DNA from: Camelus ferus
Taxonomy: Eukaryota
Assembly (NCBI RefSeq): GCF_009834535.1
Contig: NC_045696.1
Location: 62,436,001 to 62,500,000 of the forward strand
DNA length: 64,000 nt
Direction of reading: 5' to 3'
Position numbers and translations under genes: made by a program. A model generated the notes under the pieces. The model was not told the origin of the DNA and made no database searches. It saw only the letters and a list, made by a program, of their open reading frames with translations. Below are positions 40,597 through 55,930 of this stretch, piece after piece; the stretch's first letter is position 1; each line of letters begins with the position of its first letter.

Positions 40597-42191
40597 AAAA
40601 TATCCCCATTACTTACTTGCTTTATAGCTAGAAGTTTGTACCTATAAGCATTTTGGAAGTTAATCTTGCTAAAGAATGGTGCATTTTCCAATATTCACAA
40701 CCCAAGGAACCCAGAGATAATCTTTACTTACTGACTCCTAGAATGAACTAGATAGTTCATTCTATCAACAGTTGAATAATGTACTGTCTGAAATACAGTA
40801 TTGCCCTCAAGAGCTCATTGAGGGGGGTTTTCCAAAGCCTTAACATGCTGGTCTTTTCTGAAGGTAGTTTCCAGCTTCTGGATGTGGCCTTTGGGACTTT
40901 TTCTTGATGCCAAGAGGCTTGTTTCATTTCCATCTTCCTGTCTTTGTTTCTGTCTGTAGTTGCCAAAAAGCTCACATGGGAGTGAATGGATTGTTACTGT
41001 AATGTAATACTCCTTGAACTTCTCCCAGTCCTACCTGTCTTAGGAAAGTCTTTAACACCTTGGGAAAGGTATTAGTTGTTGGGTTCTGTGGTTCAACCAG
41101 AAAATGAAATTTAAAAGTTATGAAATTTGAGAACCAGACTTTGAATACTTAGCTTTCTCTTCTGCCCAGATTCTAGAAAATTATATTACATATGTTGATG
41201 AGAGTCTTCTGAAAAATTAAGATGGGGGGCATACTTTACCTTATTCTTCTTTTAGGTATTTTTCTGGATTAGTTATATAAATGCAAGTGAGTAAAAATGT
41301 GATGACTTTTCAATTATTTTAAATGATGAAAAGACATATTTGCTGGATTTAAATATAGTCAGAAGGTGTTGATAGACCAAAAAAAGATAGAAGTTTGGAA
41401 CATATCTTCACTATTTCAGACACTCTCTACTAAGTATATTACATGAATTAACCCATTTAATCCCTAAAACAAGAGGGCTAACATGACAAAGTCTTCATTA
41501 GATTTAGGGTCACCTAGATTATGGTGATCTTGGTGTGAAGTGACTTCATTGGCCTTGTGAAGATGGAAGCCACATTGCAGGGGTCTGAGAAATGAGTGGG
41601 AGGTATGGAAAGGATATTGCATGTATAGGCAGCTTGTTCAAGACGTTTAGTGAAAGGGACGATAGAGATAGAACAATAGACAAAGTAGAGCAGAGATTTG
41701 TATGTTGACAATTATATTTTAGAAAATGTTTAGTATAGATTTAGGAGATAAGAGAAGTTGCGTCTTTTGTATATAAGTGAAGAATGCCCATATTACTAGA
41801 TAAAGTTTAAAAATTAATCAGCAGCAATAAGTTTGAAAAGAGACCTAAGAAAATACATAATAAATAACCCTACTTTCTGTTCTTTGAAGTAGTTACCTCT
41901 ATCTGTCCATATCATAATGTACACATAATGTTCATTCAGCATCTCATTGTGGCATCGTCTCAGCCTGCTCTTTTAATGCCTAAAACACATCATTATTTTC
42001 TACAGTGTAGGTTTATGAGATCTATATTAATATTTTCCACTATTTTCATGTCATTTGCCTTCAAAAGATCATCTATTTTTAAGCCATTAATTAGTCTCTA
42101 AACAGATGGCATAACTAAGAAATCTTTTTCAGAGTCAGAGGCTTTGGTGTAAAGTTAGAACCCCAAACTTTATGCTTCTTTGTTCACACAT

Positions 42192-42308
42192 TTTTTTAGG
42201 TAACCCCAATGGTTTTCTCCCTTTATTTATTTGAGGTACTAGGGGATTGAACCTAGGACCTCATGCATGCTAAAGCACACGCTCTACCACTGAGCTATAC
42301 CCTCCCCC
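42192..42308 (-). mobile_element. tRNA-derived SINE
   Basis: gaggtactaggggattgaacctaggacctcatgcatgctaaagc...gagctataccctcccc. Confidence 0.85.
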
Positions 42309-45300
42309 AACACATCTTATTAACAAAAGTTATTGTATCCAAAATTTAGTTATAATTAAAATATCTACTGATGGTAAAAAAATAAGGCTACTGAGAAAGA
42401 CATTTAAAATTACCATCCCCTATCTTTAGTTAAATGAAATTTTGGACAATAAAAACAGTGGGTCTTAGAGAAAGGGGATATTCCAACGCCCCAAAACAAA
42501 ACACTTGAGCACAGAGCTAGACAGCTCGAAGCTAATTTTGGAACTCAGCAGTCAAAGCAAAATTTTTCAAAAGGGTACCTGAGAAAAAGCAGATTTTAAG
42601 TTTATATTCTTTTGTTTAATCACAATGTGCACAAAACTAAACTCATAAAATTTCCCTACTAAACAATGTCATAATTCTGGAGCAATATCTTCTTGTCACC
42701 CATGCTATGCAAAGCCGTCTTTGATGCCCTTCTTGCCCTCAACCTTACATCTTATAAATTACTAAGTTCTGTCAATATTACCTTCAAAATATCACTTGAA
42801 TCTGTCCTTTTCTAACTTGTCTGTACCTATTCTCACTCTATTCCTTTATTGTCCACCCTCCGACTAGTCTCACTCCTTCGATCCTTCCTTTGTCACCCTT
42901 GCTAATCTACATCCACCCTATTTCTGGATGTTAATTTCCTTAAGACAAATGTAATCATATGTTGAAATATTCCTGGTTCAGAAAGGCGTGGCTTCCTACA
43001 GCCTGCAGGAAAAGATCAAATCTCAGTTTGTCCTTAGGTCCTTTATGCTCTGGCCCTGGTCCATCCTTCCAACCATATTTCTTTCCACCCTCTGTATGTC
43101 CCTTAGGTTTGGGTGAAGCTGGACTGCTCTTTTTTTTTTTATAATATAGCTTTTGCTTTCTCACCTTTTTCTTTGAACTGACATCAACCCTCTGTCATCT
43201 GACCTTTTCTGTCGTTTAGGTCAAGATTCACCTCTTTGATTAGGCTTTTTCATAAATGATTTTTCCTTTGAATCCCTATTACATTGTTTATTTCTCCCTT
43301 ATCACATTCTGCTTTGTGTTATAATTATTTGTTTTTGTCTTCTCTTCCCCTGGACTAATCACATCTTTCTTATATTTTCTAACACATCAAAAGTTGCATG
43401 ACCAATGTTTAATTATTCTTGAGTCTTGAGGTATATTGACTAGTGAAGCATTAGTATATCATTCCAATCTGTAATGATGGAGCCCTTGATCAGTTTACAA
43501 GAGGATATGGATGGAGGGAGCAAAAGGAAGGTTTGCATAGATTCCAGTGCCTTTGACCTGTTTCTCCATTGGATGTCCAAAAAAAAAAAAAAATTATAGC
43601 TGCACTGTTCTTCCTTCCACTCTAGATCTGGGTACCAAGCAAACTTGCTGGATTACCAAGGTATTATCTGTATGTAGGTCCCAACAGATGGGATGTGGAC
43701 TACCACAGACACATCTATTCAGCTCAGTTTGAGCTGAGTTTATTCACCCTATGCAAGGCCTTACAATATTCAAAGGAGATAAGGATTAGTGATAACACGG
43801 TCCCTCCCTCAGAGGACTGGAATAGATTTGGCTTGAACAGCTGTCTGCTCCAAATGCTGGTTAGCAGAAAAACATAATGATATTTTATATTTCTCAGCGA
43901 CACGTGGGTCCATGGAGATTAAAATGTTAATTTCAGCAGATGTGTCAATTTTACCCAGGGAGAAGGTGTCAGAATACTGTACCATCACCAAAAATAGCTT
44001 CTTGAAGGCACTGGGTGCCTGAATTTAGAAAGGTTAAAAATAAAAACAAAAACATTTTTACATACTTTTCAAATGGTGGTGAAAGATGCTGTGCTTTACA
44101 CAAGGACTTCTTCAGTGTGCTTATTTATTACCAGGATGTTTTCCTGCATAACCCAAATTATAAACATTTCTGCCACGTTTTCATAAATTCCCAGGGATTT
44201 TTCACCTGCTTCCTTCCTTTCAAGTTATTTGCTGATATGAGAAGACTTGTTTAACAGCATTTTGTTATCCACATGTACCTTAAACCAGTTTTGAAGAGAA
44301 TTCGGTTTTGGCTGCTATTCAATTCCAAGAGAACAAATTAAGTAGGGTGGGTGATTGAGTAGCTGGTTGGCAGCTGGGTTTTAGAATATCTTTGTTCTTA
44401 ATCTGGTTTGCTTCAGTTATACCTTACTCCAATTTCCTTCTTACATCCAAACAACAAAAATAAGGTTTTGCTAAATATCGTGAAAGTAAGGGAGAAGTTA
44501 TTAAAATACGAAATAGAGTGAATTTGTAGCTATGGAATCCCATTACACTGTTGAAAACAGATGATGCCTTTTTATTACACAAAAATGGCAAAAATAGCAC
44601 CACTGTGATACTAGTACATGTATTAGGTTTTACTGAAATTGAAACTACTTAGCCTGAAAAGTAACAAAAGTAACAAACCTTGATATGACATAGGTCATTC
44701 CTAAGGTGCCTCCAATATCTAGCATGAGGTCCTCTGTAGATCTGAACATAGTGACCAACAATATTGACAAAGTCTGTGCCTTGGTTTATCAGCTAACCTG
44801 ACAATTGATTTCTAACTTTCATCTTTATCCACTGTATAACAACTGTATTGATTTTTTTTTAATTCATCAGGTTCTTGAAGCATCATATAAAGAATGTTGT
44901 ATAGATACTGAGGATTACAGATATCTTAGAAAATCAGAGAATGCCTTTCATAGAAGGTATGTATATTGAGAGTCTTTGGTAAAAGTGACAGAACCAAATT
45001 CTTAAGCAAAATAAGAATGTATGGTTCACATAACTGTAAAGTCCAGAGATAAGTAGATCTGACTTTAGTTGTGGCTGAATTCTTGGCAGGGTTCTGCCTC
45101 TACCTTTTGACTCTGCTTCTGTCTGTGTTGACCTCATTCTCTCCACCTGGTGGCAGAGCTGGCTGCTGGTACCTAGTTCACATCATTCTTAGAGGCCTGA
45201 GATGCCAGAGAGAGAGTATCCTTCCCCTACAGTTTGGCAAAAGTCCCAAGGAGGACTCTGATTTGGCCCAGTCTGGCTCTTGTGCTGCTCCTTCTTAGAA

Positions 45301-47597
45301 CAATCACTGGGTGTGTACGTTGGAGAGGGGGCTGGAATGGAGATGGCAAAGTGCAGATGGAGAACTCCAGTCAAACCAGGATCTCATCTTCACTCCTCAC
45401 CAGGACTTCATGGATTAAGAAGAACCACTGGGAGGGCTGGCCCCCCAGAGTGAGGAATAAGAGGCAGATAAAGCCTTCAGTGTACTTACTCAATATTTAG
45501 GCACATTCAGAACATTGGGGGTGGCTAATTTCCTTTATTGTCTAACCTCTGCAGCGCTATCTATAGAAAAAAATATATACACTTAGTTTTTCTGTTTAAA
45601 GATGTTTTTCTGTATAAACTTTCTGTTTAAAAAATAAATTACAGATTCTGAATTAGTGAAATCTACCTTAATGAACTCAATTGGTTGTACAACTTCATAA
45701 CTGATAGTAATAATGTCTAACATTTATTGAGCACTTAGTTCTAAGAATTATACTTAGGGTTCTATATGTAATATTTCATTCAATCTTCAAAGTATGGTAG
45801 GTACTATTGCTACTACTATTTTTAAATGAGGAAATTGAGACACTGAGAAATTAAGTAACCTGTCCAGGACCATACACAGTCCGTGGTGCACCCAAGATTC
45901 CAACCTAGGCCTGTAGAGCCCATGCCCTTCCTAACAGGTGTAGTTTATTGCTGCTTACGTCCATGCTACATCTCTTTTGTCTACTATTTGTGTTGCTCTT
46001 TGCTTATTTTTGCTTTCATTATCTCCATTCCACATGCATAGTAAAATTGCAGCTCTCTGCCAAAGCCTACAAAGCTATGCATGACCTGGTGACCTGGTCC
46101 CTGCCTGCCACCCCTTGCTCACTCCTGGCTATTCCTCAGATGTGAACCTCAAGTTCATTCTGACCTCAGGAACTTAGCGAATTCTGTTCCCTCTGCCTGG
46201 ACTGCCCTTTCCTCAGATTACTGTCTAGATTTCTTTCTTTTTATTCAAGTCTTGTCTGATGTTATCTCCTCCCTGATCCCTCTATAACCTCTGTCCTATT
46301 TTATTTTTCTTCATAGCATTTATCACTCTCGAGATTACTTATTTGTTCTTGGTTTTGTCAATCCTCCTTTCCACTAGCATGCAAACCCTATGAATGCAAG
46401 GATCTTGTCTGTTTTGTTCATGATGTGTTCTTGGTGTCCAGAGCAGTGCCAGGCACATGAAGTAGTTGCTCTGTTATTGAATGGATAAATTTAGTTTCTC
46501 CCAAGAGCCTATGAAGTAGATAAGACAGAAAATATTATATCCTTTTAATAGTTGAGATCGTCTCAGAAAGATGAAGTAAATACCTCCCATGTATTGGCTA
46601 ATGAGTGGATGAGACTAAAGTGAGACTAAAATCCTTCTCTCCTCACTCTCAAGTCTGGGCATTTTTCACCATGCGCCCTGGTCTGCCTGAGGTCATCTGT
46701 TTTTCTCTTCTCTGCCTCTAGATTGGTTACAAAACATTTCTGAAATTACTGTCTGCATAACTCATCACAGTAACCAAACCACAGCTAGATGGACCGTAGT
46801 TTGAGAATTCTTATTTTAGAGACATTAACTTTTGTTGTTTCTTGATATGAGTTTTCTACAGCTAAAACTTCGAAATATTTGTAAATCTGTGTCCTTTTCT
46901 CCATCTCCCAATCCATACAGTTAAAATATTTAGCTAAACCCAAATGTTTGCTTAACTTGAATGACTTATTTCATTTATTCAATATGGATTTGAATTCCAC
47001 TCTTGTACTTACTAAGTGGTTTAATCTCTCTGGGCTTCAGTTTCTTCATTTAGTAAATGAAGATAATAATAGTGCCTACCTCATAGGATGTTCTGATGAT
47101 TAAATGAGATTATGTGAAGTGCCTGACACATAGAAGACTCAATAAATAGCAGTTATGAGCTGTATTGCTGTGTCTGTGCACGCACTGATGTGAGAATACA
47201 ACAATGAACGATCCAGATTTGAGCCCTTCTCCTCTGGAACTTTCAGTCTAATAGGGAAGGTAGTTAAACAAATAAACACAACATTTGTCAAGTACTCTAA
47301 GCAAGTGGGTTCAAGGGTGTCAACCTTGGAGTTATCCTTGACTCCTCTCCTCTCAGACCACACATCTAATCCATCAGCAAATCACATCAACTCTATCTTC
47401 ACAAAACACCTGGAATTTGACCACATCTCACCACCTATACTGCTGGCACCCTGCCCCAGGCCTTGATCACCTCTCACCTGGATTACTCTAGTGACTTCCT
47501 GCTTGGTCTCAATGCCTCCACCCTTGTCCCCTACAGTTTATTCCCCACAGAGCATCCAGGTTGATTCTGGTGAAACTAAAGTCAGATCATGTTGTTA

Positions 47598-47870
47598 GTT
47601 ATAGGCAGAATAATGCCCCCTCCAAAGATAGCCATATTTTAATCCCTGGGACCTATGAATATACTACCTTATATGACCAAGGGACTTTGTAGATGTGATT
47701 AAGGACCTTGAGATGCAGAGGTTATTCTGGATTATTCAAGTGGTCCCAACCAAATCACATGAACCCTTAAAAGTGGATAACCTTTCCTGACTGTGGCTGG
47801 AGGGAGCTATGCCTACGGAAGAACCATCACAGAAATGTACATTACTGGCTTTAAAGATGGAAGAAGAGGG
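47598..47870 (+). mobile_element. MLT1-type LTR fragment inserted in an L2
   Basis: ataggcagaataatgccccctccaaagat...gggactttgtagatgtgattaagg...gagatgcagaggttattctggatt. Confidence 0.7.
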
Positions 47871-50800
47871 CCTCCCGCAGACACAGAACCCACTGATGTG
47901 GAGGGACTCCTATCTTATTTTCAGAGATTTTTACTATGTACCTAGTTCAAAATGAGTTAAATGATTCAAAATGAAATAGCACAAAGAGTTTTTGCTTATG
48001 TGTATGGGGCTCTTCAAACTGCAGATTGTGACTCATTAGTGGGTCATAGACCAATTTAGTGGCTCAAAACAGCTTTAAAAAATAATAGTGGAAAAGAAAA
48101 TAGCATAGCATTTGGAAAGGGTAATACTATGTCATGCCATTTCTGTATCAATCACACATGCTATATTACACTCACACTCCTTGGTCACGAGGTAAAATGT
48201 ATTTCTGACCGTGGATCCTGGTTTCACAAGTTTGAGAAACAGAGCTTCAGGGGATCTGTTCTAATTCTTGTCCTGTAAGCTAGCTATGTCGCCCTGGGTG
48301 AGTCCTTTCCAGGATCTTCAAGGTTCTTATGGCTCTGTAAGATCATGGCTTTCGATGTAGGAGGTCCTCCCTGTTTGGTTGTATGGCCAAATGTTTTGCT
48401 GTGACCTCTAGTGAGTTAAAAGGCAAAACCCAAGCACTCCTTGAGGGACAGCCATGAGGAAGCAGTTGGCAAAGCACAAGCCATAGCAGAGCAGCTGCGG
48501 GAGGCTGATTTCAGATCCCAAAGTACCTTGTGTTTCCAAGTTAGGGAGTGGGAGGAAGGATGGGGATGTGTGAATTGCTTATCTCCATAGTGCCACCCAC
48601 CTCGGCTGCCTTCAAGAGTCACGTGGACAAGCTGCCAGCAGCTTTGTGGCAGTGCCCTTGCCTACCATGGCCCCTTTCAGCTGTAAATTATGGAATCAGC
48701 TGAAGGGAACAGTGAGGGCTGGTATGTCCATCAGAAGATTGATGGGGGGGGGGGTCTCTGCATTCCCGATGATCATCTCTCGGGAACTTCTTTACCAGAA
48801 GTTGCCTGGCAGGTCAGCTGTTCCATGGGTGGAGGGGAGGGTTGACTCTGGGTAATTATATGTATGGAGAAACTTAACCAATGCCAGTGGGGATCCACAC
48901 CCCTTTTGTCAGGTGTGGCATGCCACTGACACTAGCCTGACTATTAGTTTTGCTCTAACCAATTTAATTCTCTGAGAGAGAGAAGAAACCCAGAGTCAGA
49001 GCTGTGAGGAACTGGAGGCATGGTGGCTGGGACCAGGGGAGTTAGACATTTTCTGTTCTTTGAATTTAGCTATGCTGTGACCAATTATGTAGAAATCACA
49101 GTACATTGAACAGCATTACACTTGAGGCACTGAGGCCCCAGCGTCGGGATGGGGGTAGTTAATCCCATCTACTCCTGGACTCTGCCACTTCCCTAACAGT
49201 TTATTCTTTGTTCTTGATGTTTTACTAACTTGAAACATCATCCTTCCTCTTGAATTCCCAGAGCACACACATGGCTTGAACGTGTAGTTTTGGATTTACA
49301 GCATTTGGGCAAGCATTTGTTTTGGGGCAAAAGGCTATTAATAATGTCAACATTACAATGTTTTAAAAAAGAATACTTCCCTCTGGTTAAACCTCTTTTT
49401 AAAAGACTTTTTGAGGTCATAATTGTAATGTAGATCTGTACCATGACATAGGGCAGGGTGTTCAAAGGAACTAATAAATAGGTAAAATTTGTCATCTCCC
49501 CCCAACTTTTTAAAAATAACAACAAGTTTTTAGGAGAGAGATTAAGGAACGAGGTAGGTAACTTCTCAACTTTTCTAGTAAGGAACATACTTGGCTCTAT
49601 TCCTACTGTTAATAAAAATTGAAAAAAAAAGTTTTAAATTTCAGCCATGGAAGTCAGTAGCTTGATTTTATCTATCAATACCAACTTTAGCACATGCAGG
49701 GACAAGAGGAGGAAGAAGACAAATTTATTTCTATTGCCTTCTACTTCCCTAGCACCTCCGCCAAGAGGCAGCTAAATGGAAAAGACAGATATTCAGAGGA
49801 AAAACAGTAAACGTTCCTGCTGAAGGTTGTGGCTGGCCCTTGTTAGATAAGGAAAGAAGCAGTGAAGTCCACGACTTGAGTGCTCCTGGCATCGACAGCC
49901 ATGGGAAGGAGACCTAAGCTTCACTGCATACCCCATTGTACTGGGCAAACATTTAAAACCAATAGCAACAAGACTAAAGTCCCCTAGTATTTGGATTAAA
50001 CCTTCATTCTCACATTTGGAAATACCAAAATTTCTTTAAATAATGAAAGTAAAGAAAACAGGCTATGTGTTTTGAGGCCTACTAAAAGGAAGTACCCAAA
50101 TGTCCTTGTGATAATACCGCATCCTCATGTGTAAGCACTTTCAAAGCTGTGAATTCAGCAGTAAAGAGAGGGTTCAGTGGAAGCGTTCATTAGTTGGCTA
50201 ACAGGTAATAGGAACAGAAATTAAGCTTGTATAAATTTCTATTGGAACTCAGGAAAATGTTTTTCCTAACATACTGATGTGAGTTCTTTCCTTAGTTAAT
50301 CAGAACAACATACAGTGTATTTCATTTTTAATCTTGTCAAAAAAAGAAAAAGAGCCTAGGTTCTTAGCATAACTTTTTATTCTCTTCCCCACAGTTTTCA
50401 TTTAAAAAAAAATTTCATTTTAACTACCTTATTGTCTAATGTTTTCTTAATTTAAGAGAGATGCAGGATATAAATGATTAAAATTAAGCGGACAGGTAAA
50501 ATTTGAACCCTTCAGGGTCCACTTTTCTTGGAATAACAGGTCTGAACACCTTTTATTTTCAATTATTAAAGTAATATATATGTTTACAAAGAAAGGAGAT
50601 ATAGCATGAAGGAACAAAGCAAAACAGGTAATCATTACTCACATTGGATTTATTTCCTTCTCTCTTTTTTTCTAAGAATAACTTGCATTACATAGTGTTC
50701 TACTATATAGATACATTGAAATTATTTAACCAGTCTATTAGAAAAACTGTAAGATATATCCCCTTTTTGTCTAGAAACAACATTGCAGCAAATGTGCACA

Positions 50801-51936
50801 AGTATATATCTCCTATCCTTTCCTTAAGATAAATTCAAAAAATACACATACTTAGCACTTCGATACATATTGCCAGATGGCCCTTCAGAAAAGTTCCGTG
50901 CTCCCGCAGTGTGAGAACCTCTGCATAGTCTCACTAATATTTACTTTTTCCTCCTTATACATGTTTCCTGTTTCCTTTTTGGACGTAGTTTATCTTCTCA
51001 TGCACAGAGCTTTCAGAAGTGTGTGACATAGACGCTCATACTTCTTCTGAAGAACGGGTATTTTCTTCTGTGTTGTGTGTGGCAGAGGGACGGCTGTAGG
51101 GCTTGGATGTGCCCGCCTCGCTCTGCAGTAAGGAAAGCCCGTATCTCACAGGTGTGCTAGTCACTCACTGATATGAACTATCAGGTGGCCCCAACCCTTT
51201 GCCAGGCTCTGTGCCATGTGATAGGGATCTAGTGGTGAGCAGAACAGAAGTCTCTGCTCTTAGGAAGTTTCCAAGCTAATGGGTTGTTTTCTAAGGCGTT
51301 CTTTTCCACTTTTACTATCTGAGAAGGGAGGAGAAGATATATCTTTCTCATTTGCATGTGTTTGATTTCTGAATTGAGTGATTTTTGTCTATTTGTATTT
51401 CTTCCACCTTTTAATATGACCATTCTTGGTCTTTTCCTTCTTTTTCTTTTTGATTTGTCAGGGTTAGTCACATTAGTCCTTTGCCATTGTGGCAGACACC
51501 TGTGCCCCTCTTTGTCCTTGCTGCCCAGGCCCTGATGTGTTTAGGTGCTGGATAACCATGGTCATGGTTAGAGCTGGATGTGGTGCCAGGGCTTTTAGGA
51601 AAAGCAGGAAACTGTGCTGAGCCTCAGCTCTGGCATTCAATCCCCATGAGGTCTGACAGGTGCACAGATTACGCTCTCTGAATCTCCATTTCTTCACCTG
51701 TAAAGTAAAGGGGATGAAGGAGACAGTGTTTTTTGGCTCCTCTTCTATGTCATGAAACCAAGTCTGGGGTAACTGCTTCTCACTGGCCAGCCTAGGTCAC
51801 AGTCCCTCTCCCTCTGGGTGAGGAGGGCTGGGAAGGAGAAGCGCAGCCACCTTCCAGCTTTGATAGAGGCAGGTTGACTCCGCGGAGGAAAGTGGAGGGT
51901 TCCCCAGACATTCAGGGCCTTCAAAGACAGAACGAC

Positions 51937-52322
51937 TGTGTCAGTTCGCTAGGGCTGCCATGACAAAACACCACAGGCTGGGTGGCTTACACCACAGAAA
52001 GTTATTTTCTCACAGTGCTGGAGACTGGAAGTTCAAAATCAAGGTGTTGGTGGGTTTCTCCTGAGGCCTCTCTCCTTGCCTTTAGGCAGCTGCTTTCTCA
52101 CTGTGTCCTCACGTGGCCTTTTCTCTGTGCACCTGCATCCCTGGTATCCCTTCCTCTTCCTATAAGGACATCAGTAATACTCAATGAGGGCCTACCCTTT
52201 TGACCCCATTTAACCTTCATTATCTCCCTAAAGGCCCTATCTCCAAATACAGTCACATTCTGAGGTACTGAGGGTTAGGGCTTCAACATATAAAATGGGA
52301 GGAAACAATTCAGCCTTATCAC
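51937..52322 (-). mobile_element. MLT1A-type LTR
   Basis: ctagggctgccatgacaaaacaccacaggctgggtggctt...ccaaatacagtcacattctgaggtactgagggttagggcttcaacata. Confidence 0.85.
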
Positions 52323-55300
52323 AAGCAAGGAGGCCAGTTAGGATGTTATTTGGAATAATTCTGGCAAGAGATATTGAAGGCCTAAACCAAAGCATGAAGG
52401 TTTAGAAGGTGGGCACAAATTCAAGAACTATTACACAGGAAATAGTTAACAGGATCTGAGGATCAATTAAAAGTGGTGGTTACAAGAGAGAAAGACTTCC
52501 AGGAAAGCACTCAGAGGTAGACCATAGCGAAATCAAGAAGTTAGGAAGCAAATGCTAAGACACTTTGGTGTTTTGGATCTGCGGGAACTGGTGCTGGGCA
52601 GAGAGTAAATCTTCTTACTACATTAATAAAGGCAGGAAGGTGGGAAGTGGGTGGAAGGAAGAAGAGCAGAGGAGGGCTCCCTGAAGTCCAGACCCAACAG
52701 GACTGGGGTCAGGTCCTGGATTTAGAAAGTGAACATTAGGTAGCATGTATTGAGTTTCAATATCAGAATCACCCGTGGGGCTTATGGCCAGGCCCCCACC
52801 TCTGGAAAATTTGATTTAGTAGGTAGGGCCCACAAATTTACATTAAAACACACACACAGAATAACTCTAAAGGGGATTCTGTTATACAGCAAAGAAGAAA
52901 AACTACCAATGAATCAGGCATTGTTAGGCACTTTTCTGTACACCTTATTTAATTCTCACAATCACCCTATCATAACCTGGTGGGGAAACATATACATGTG
53001 TACAAGTAACCATGGGGATGTGAATAAGGAAAAGATCATTTTGGGAGAGAAATACATCCATTTATCCAACATTTATCAGACACTTAGTAAGTGCCAGGCA
53101 CTGGGCTAGGTTCTAGAGCTACAAATATGAAAAGACCATAATGTCACCACTTAGAGGCTCCAGGTCTGAAGAGAACATAAGCATACAAATCTCAAATTAT
53201 AATACTGAACTGAAGTCTGTTCTAATGGAGTCCTGCACAGGAGGTGGCAAAACAACTGGAGCACAAAGGAGAAGACCTGTCATGTGACGGGGAAGTCCCT
53301 GAGGAGATTCCATTGAAGCCAACTTTTAATAATGAATTGGAGCTCACCAGGCACACAAAGGGAGGAGGCCCACTCAGGCAGAGGAAACATCATGTACCAA
53401 GGTGGGGCCAAAGGAAAAAAGTGCACTGAGGCAGCTGAAAGAATTCCTTCGTGGGTGGCTGGGCCTGTCTGGAGTAGAGAGATTGGCAGCAAAGAAGGTA
53501 GGCAACATTGGCAGGTTGAAGGGATCTTATTTATGAAATCAAGGATATTTCAAGTTGATTCTACAGATCTGTGGTTTTCAAATTTTATTCAGTGGAGCTG
53601 TGAGTACCCCTTGAGGTCCACCAGTGGGTCATCTGGGAATGGGGAATCAGGCCAGGTCAGCAGGGGTCTGGGTCTCCCACCCCTGATTCAACCACACCAG
53701 CTCTACTTTTATCCATTTAATAGTGGGCACTGGTGAAAGGCTTTTTCTTTTAAACAAAGGATCCCATGATTAAGGAAAGTTTAAAAACCATAGCTTTAGG
53801 TGCTGATAAACCATTGAAGAGTTTTAAGAAGGAGAGTGCTATGAGTTGAAGGTGAAAAGCATTCTCAACAATGTCAAGTGCTGAAGAGATGTCATGAAAA
53901 GTAAGTACTGGAAAGTATCCTTTGGCTTGGCAATCAGAAAGTAACCTTACTGAAAATAGTTCATGGAGGTGAGTAGGGAGTGGAGAATAGAATGCAGTAG
54001 CTAGCGGCATGGATAGGAGGAGAAAATGTGGTGACTATGCTCTTAAGAATCCTAGAAAGCAATGTAAGGAGACTTGGCCAAAGGGGGATTTATCCAACTC
54101 ACATGTCCCCCTTCTTTGCTAACTAACCCCCAACCCCGCCATCCACATGGGCATAGGGGCAGGCTTCTGGAAGCTGTTTGTACATGGCTGTCCCCTTGGC
54201 TGTGGTCAACTGGCCCTTGAAGGGGTCCATCATCCAAGCTGGGCCAATACTTCCCCTAAGAAATTTTGAATTGGGGTCAAGAGAGAAAACCCTTTCTCCC
54301 TGGTTGGTTGGTTAATCTCGGGAGCTGGGCCTGGACGGTCAGATGAAGTGAGCTTCAGGTGTGCAAAAGAACAAAGCAGATGTGTGGAAAGGATTGGGGG
54401 AGGGAGCATCCAGGCTTTACAGGCTCTGATACTGAATTCTTCTCAAGGTCCAAAGAAAGCCTGCCATCCCCATTCTGGGTGAAAACATCCCATTTTATCA
54501 TCAACTCTTTCCTTTTGCCTTACTTGAATAGTTTCTCTTAAAACAAAGATGATTCTTTCTGATACAGAGGGTATATCCTTCTATTTCTCTCTTTCCTCAA
54601 GGAGAAAAGAAAAGTCAGTTGAGAGAAAGAGTGAGGATGCAGAGAAAGAGGGAATCATTGGTACAGCCATTCTCAGGGGAGAATGGAAAAGGTGAGCTCC
54701 GGAGTGCAAGGAAGAGATACACTTTCCTCTGAGGTAGATGGGTAAGGAGTGAGGAAGACGGGAGTGTAGAAGAGTATGCAGAGCAGGGCTGGAGAGAGTA
54801 TTCCTACCTAGTGATTCCTATTTTCTTTGTGAAGAGGCAAAATTATCTACAGATCATGAAAGAGTGGTCCACAGCCTGGGTGGCAAAGTTTAGGAATCGC
54901 CATTGTGTCAGTGTAGCAGAGATCTGGCAACAAAGAAATACACAAAGACAGTTGCAAATCCTAAGCAGGTAGTGTCCAGGTCTTAGACTGCTGAATGCAG
55001 TGAGACAGTCTCAGCTTTAAAAGCCTTCAACTCTTGTCTACCCAGCCCCCTTTAAAATACAAATCTGACCACATCACACTCCCCTCCTTCAACTTTTCCA
55101 ACAGCTCCTATTGCTTTAAGGTATCAGTTGTCTCCAGTATGGCTCAACAACTAGGAGGAAGCATCACGAAGGAAATCTTTGGACTGATCCAGTGCTGGGT
55201 GTGCGAAATAGCCAAAGAATGACCTCAGGAGAGGTATAGGGGAGTTGTAAAGATGGGGATTTTCAAATAAAGTGGTGAAAGTAAAAAACAAATAAACAAA

Positions 55301-55772
55301 CAAACAAAAACGTGGTAGAGGAAGACAGGACAGGTGGATACCAGCAGCTTGAAAGATAGAGTCCTGGGTTGGGGAGGGTTTGGGGGAGTGAGGTGAATGT
55401 GTATGTGTGTGAGACAGCAGGAAACACTGAAGGTTGAGCTTGTGCATGGAATGTTCCTGGTGAGACAATGTTTAATGTGGAAACAGTTAAGGACCTTCCA
55501 GAGTGACAGATTTTGAGACAAAGAGATAAACTTTCTTCTCTCTCTGTGAATGGCACTACTTCCCACCAGTCACCCAAATCTGAAACCTTATGTCACCCTA
55601 GGAGTTTAGTCTTTATTTCCTCCCTCATATTCAGCCGGCCATCAGATCCTTTTAATTGTATTTTCTAAACATCTCTTGATTGCAATTGTCTTGATTGAAA
55701 ACCTTGAAATTGCTTGGTCTCAGTCCTGATAGCCCCATCCCCTTGCCCCACTCTCCTTTAAAATTCAAATCA

Positions 55773-55930
55773 GGGGTGGAGGGTATAGCTCAAGCAGTAG
55801 AGCATATGCTTAGTATGCCCACGGTCCTGGGCTCAATTCCCAGTACCTCCTCTAAAAATAAAGAAAGAAAGAAACCTGATTACCTCCCTCTCCTCCCCCC
55901 AAAATAAATAAATAAAACATATTAAAAAAA
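55773..55930 (+). mobile_element. tRNA-derived SINE (long form)
   Basis: GGGGTGGAGGGTATAGCTCAAGCAGTAGAG head, flanked by an aaaattca(a/g)atcag duplication. Confidence 0.85.
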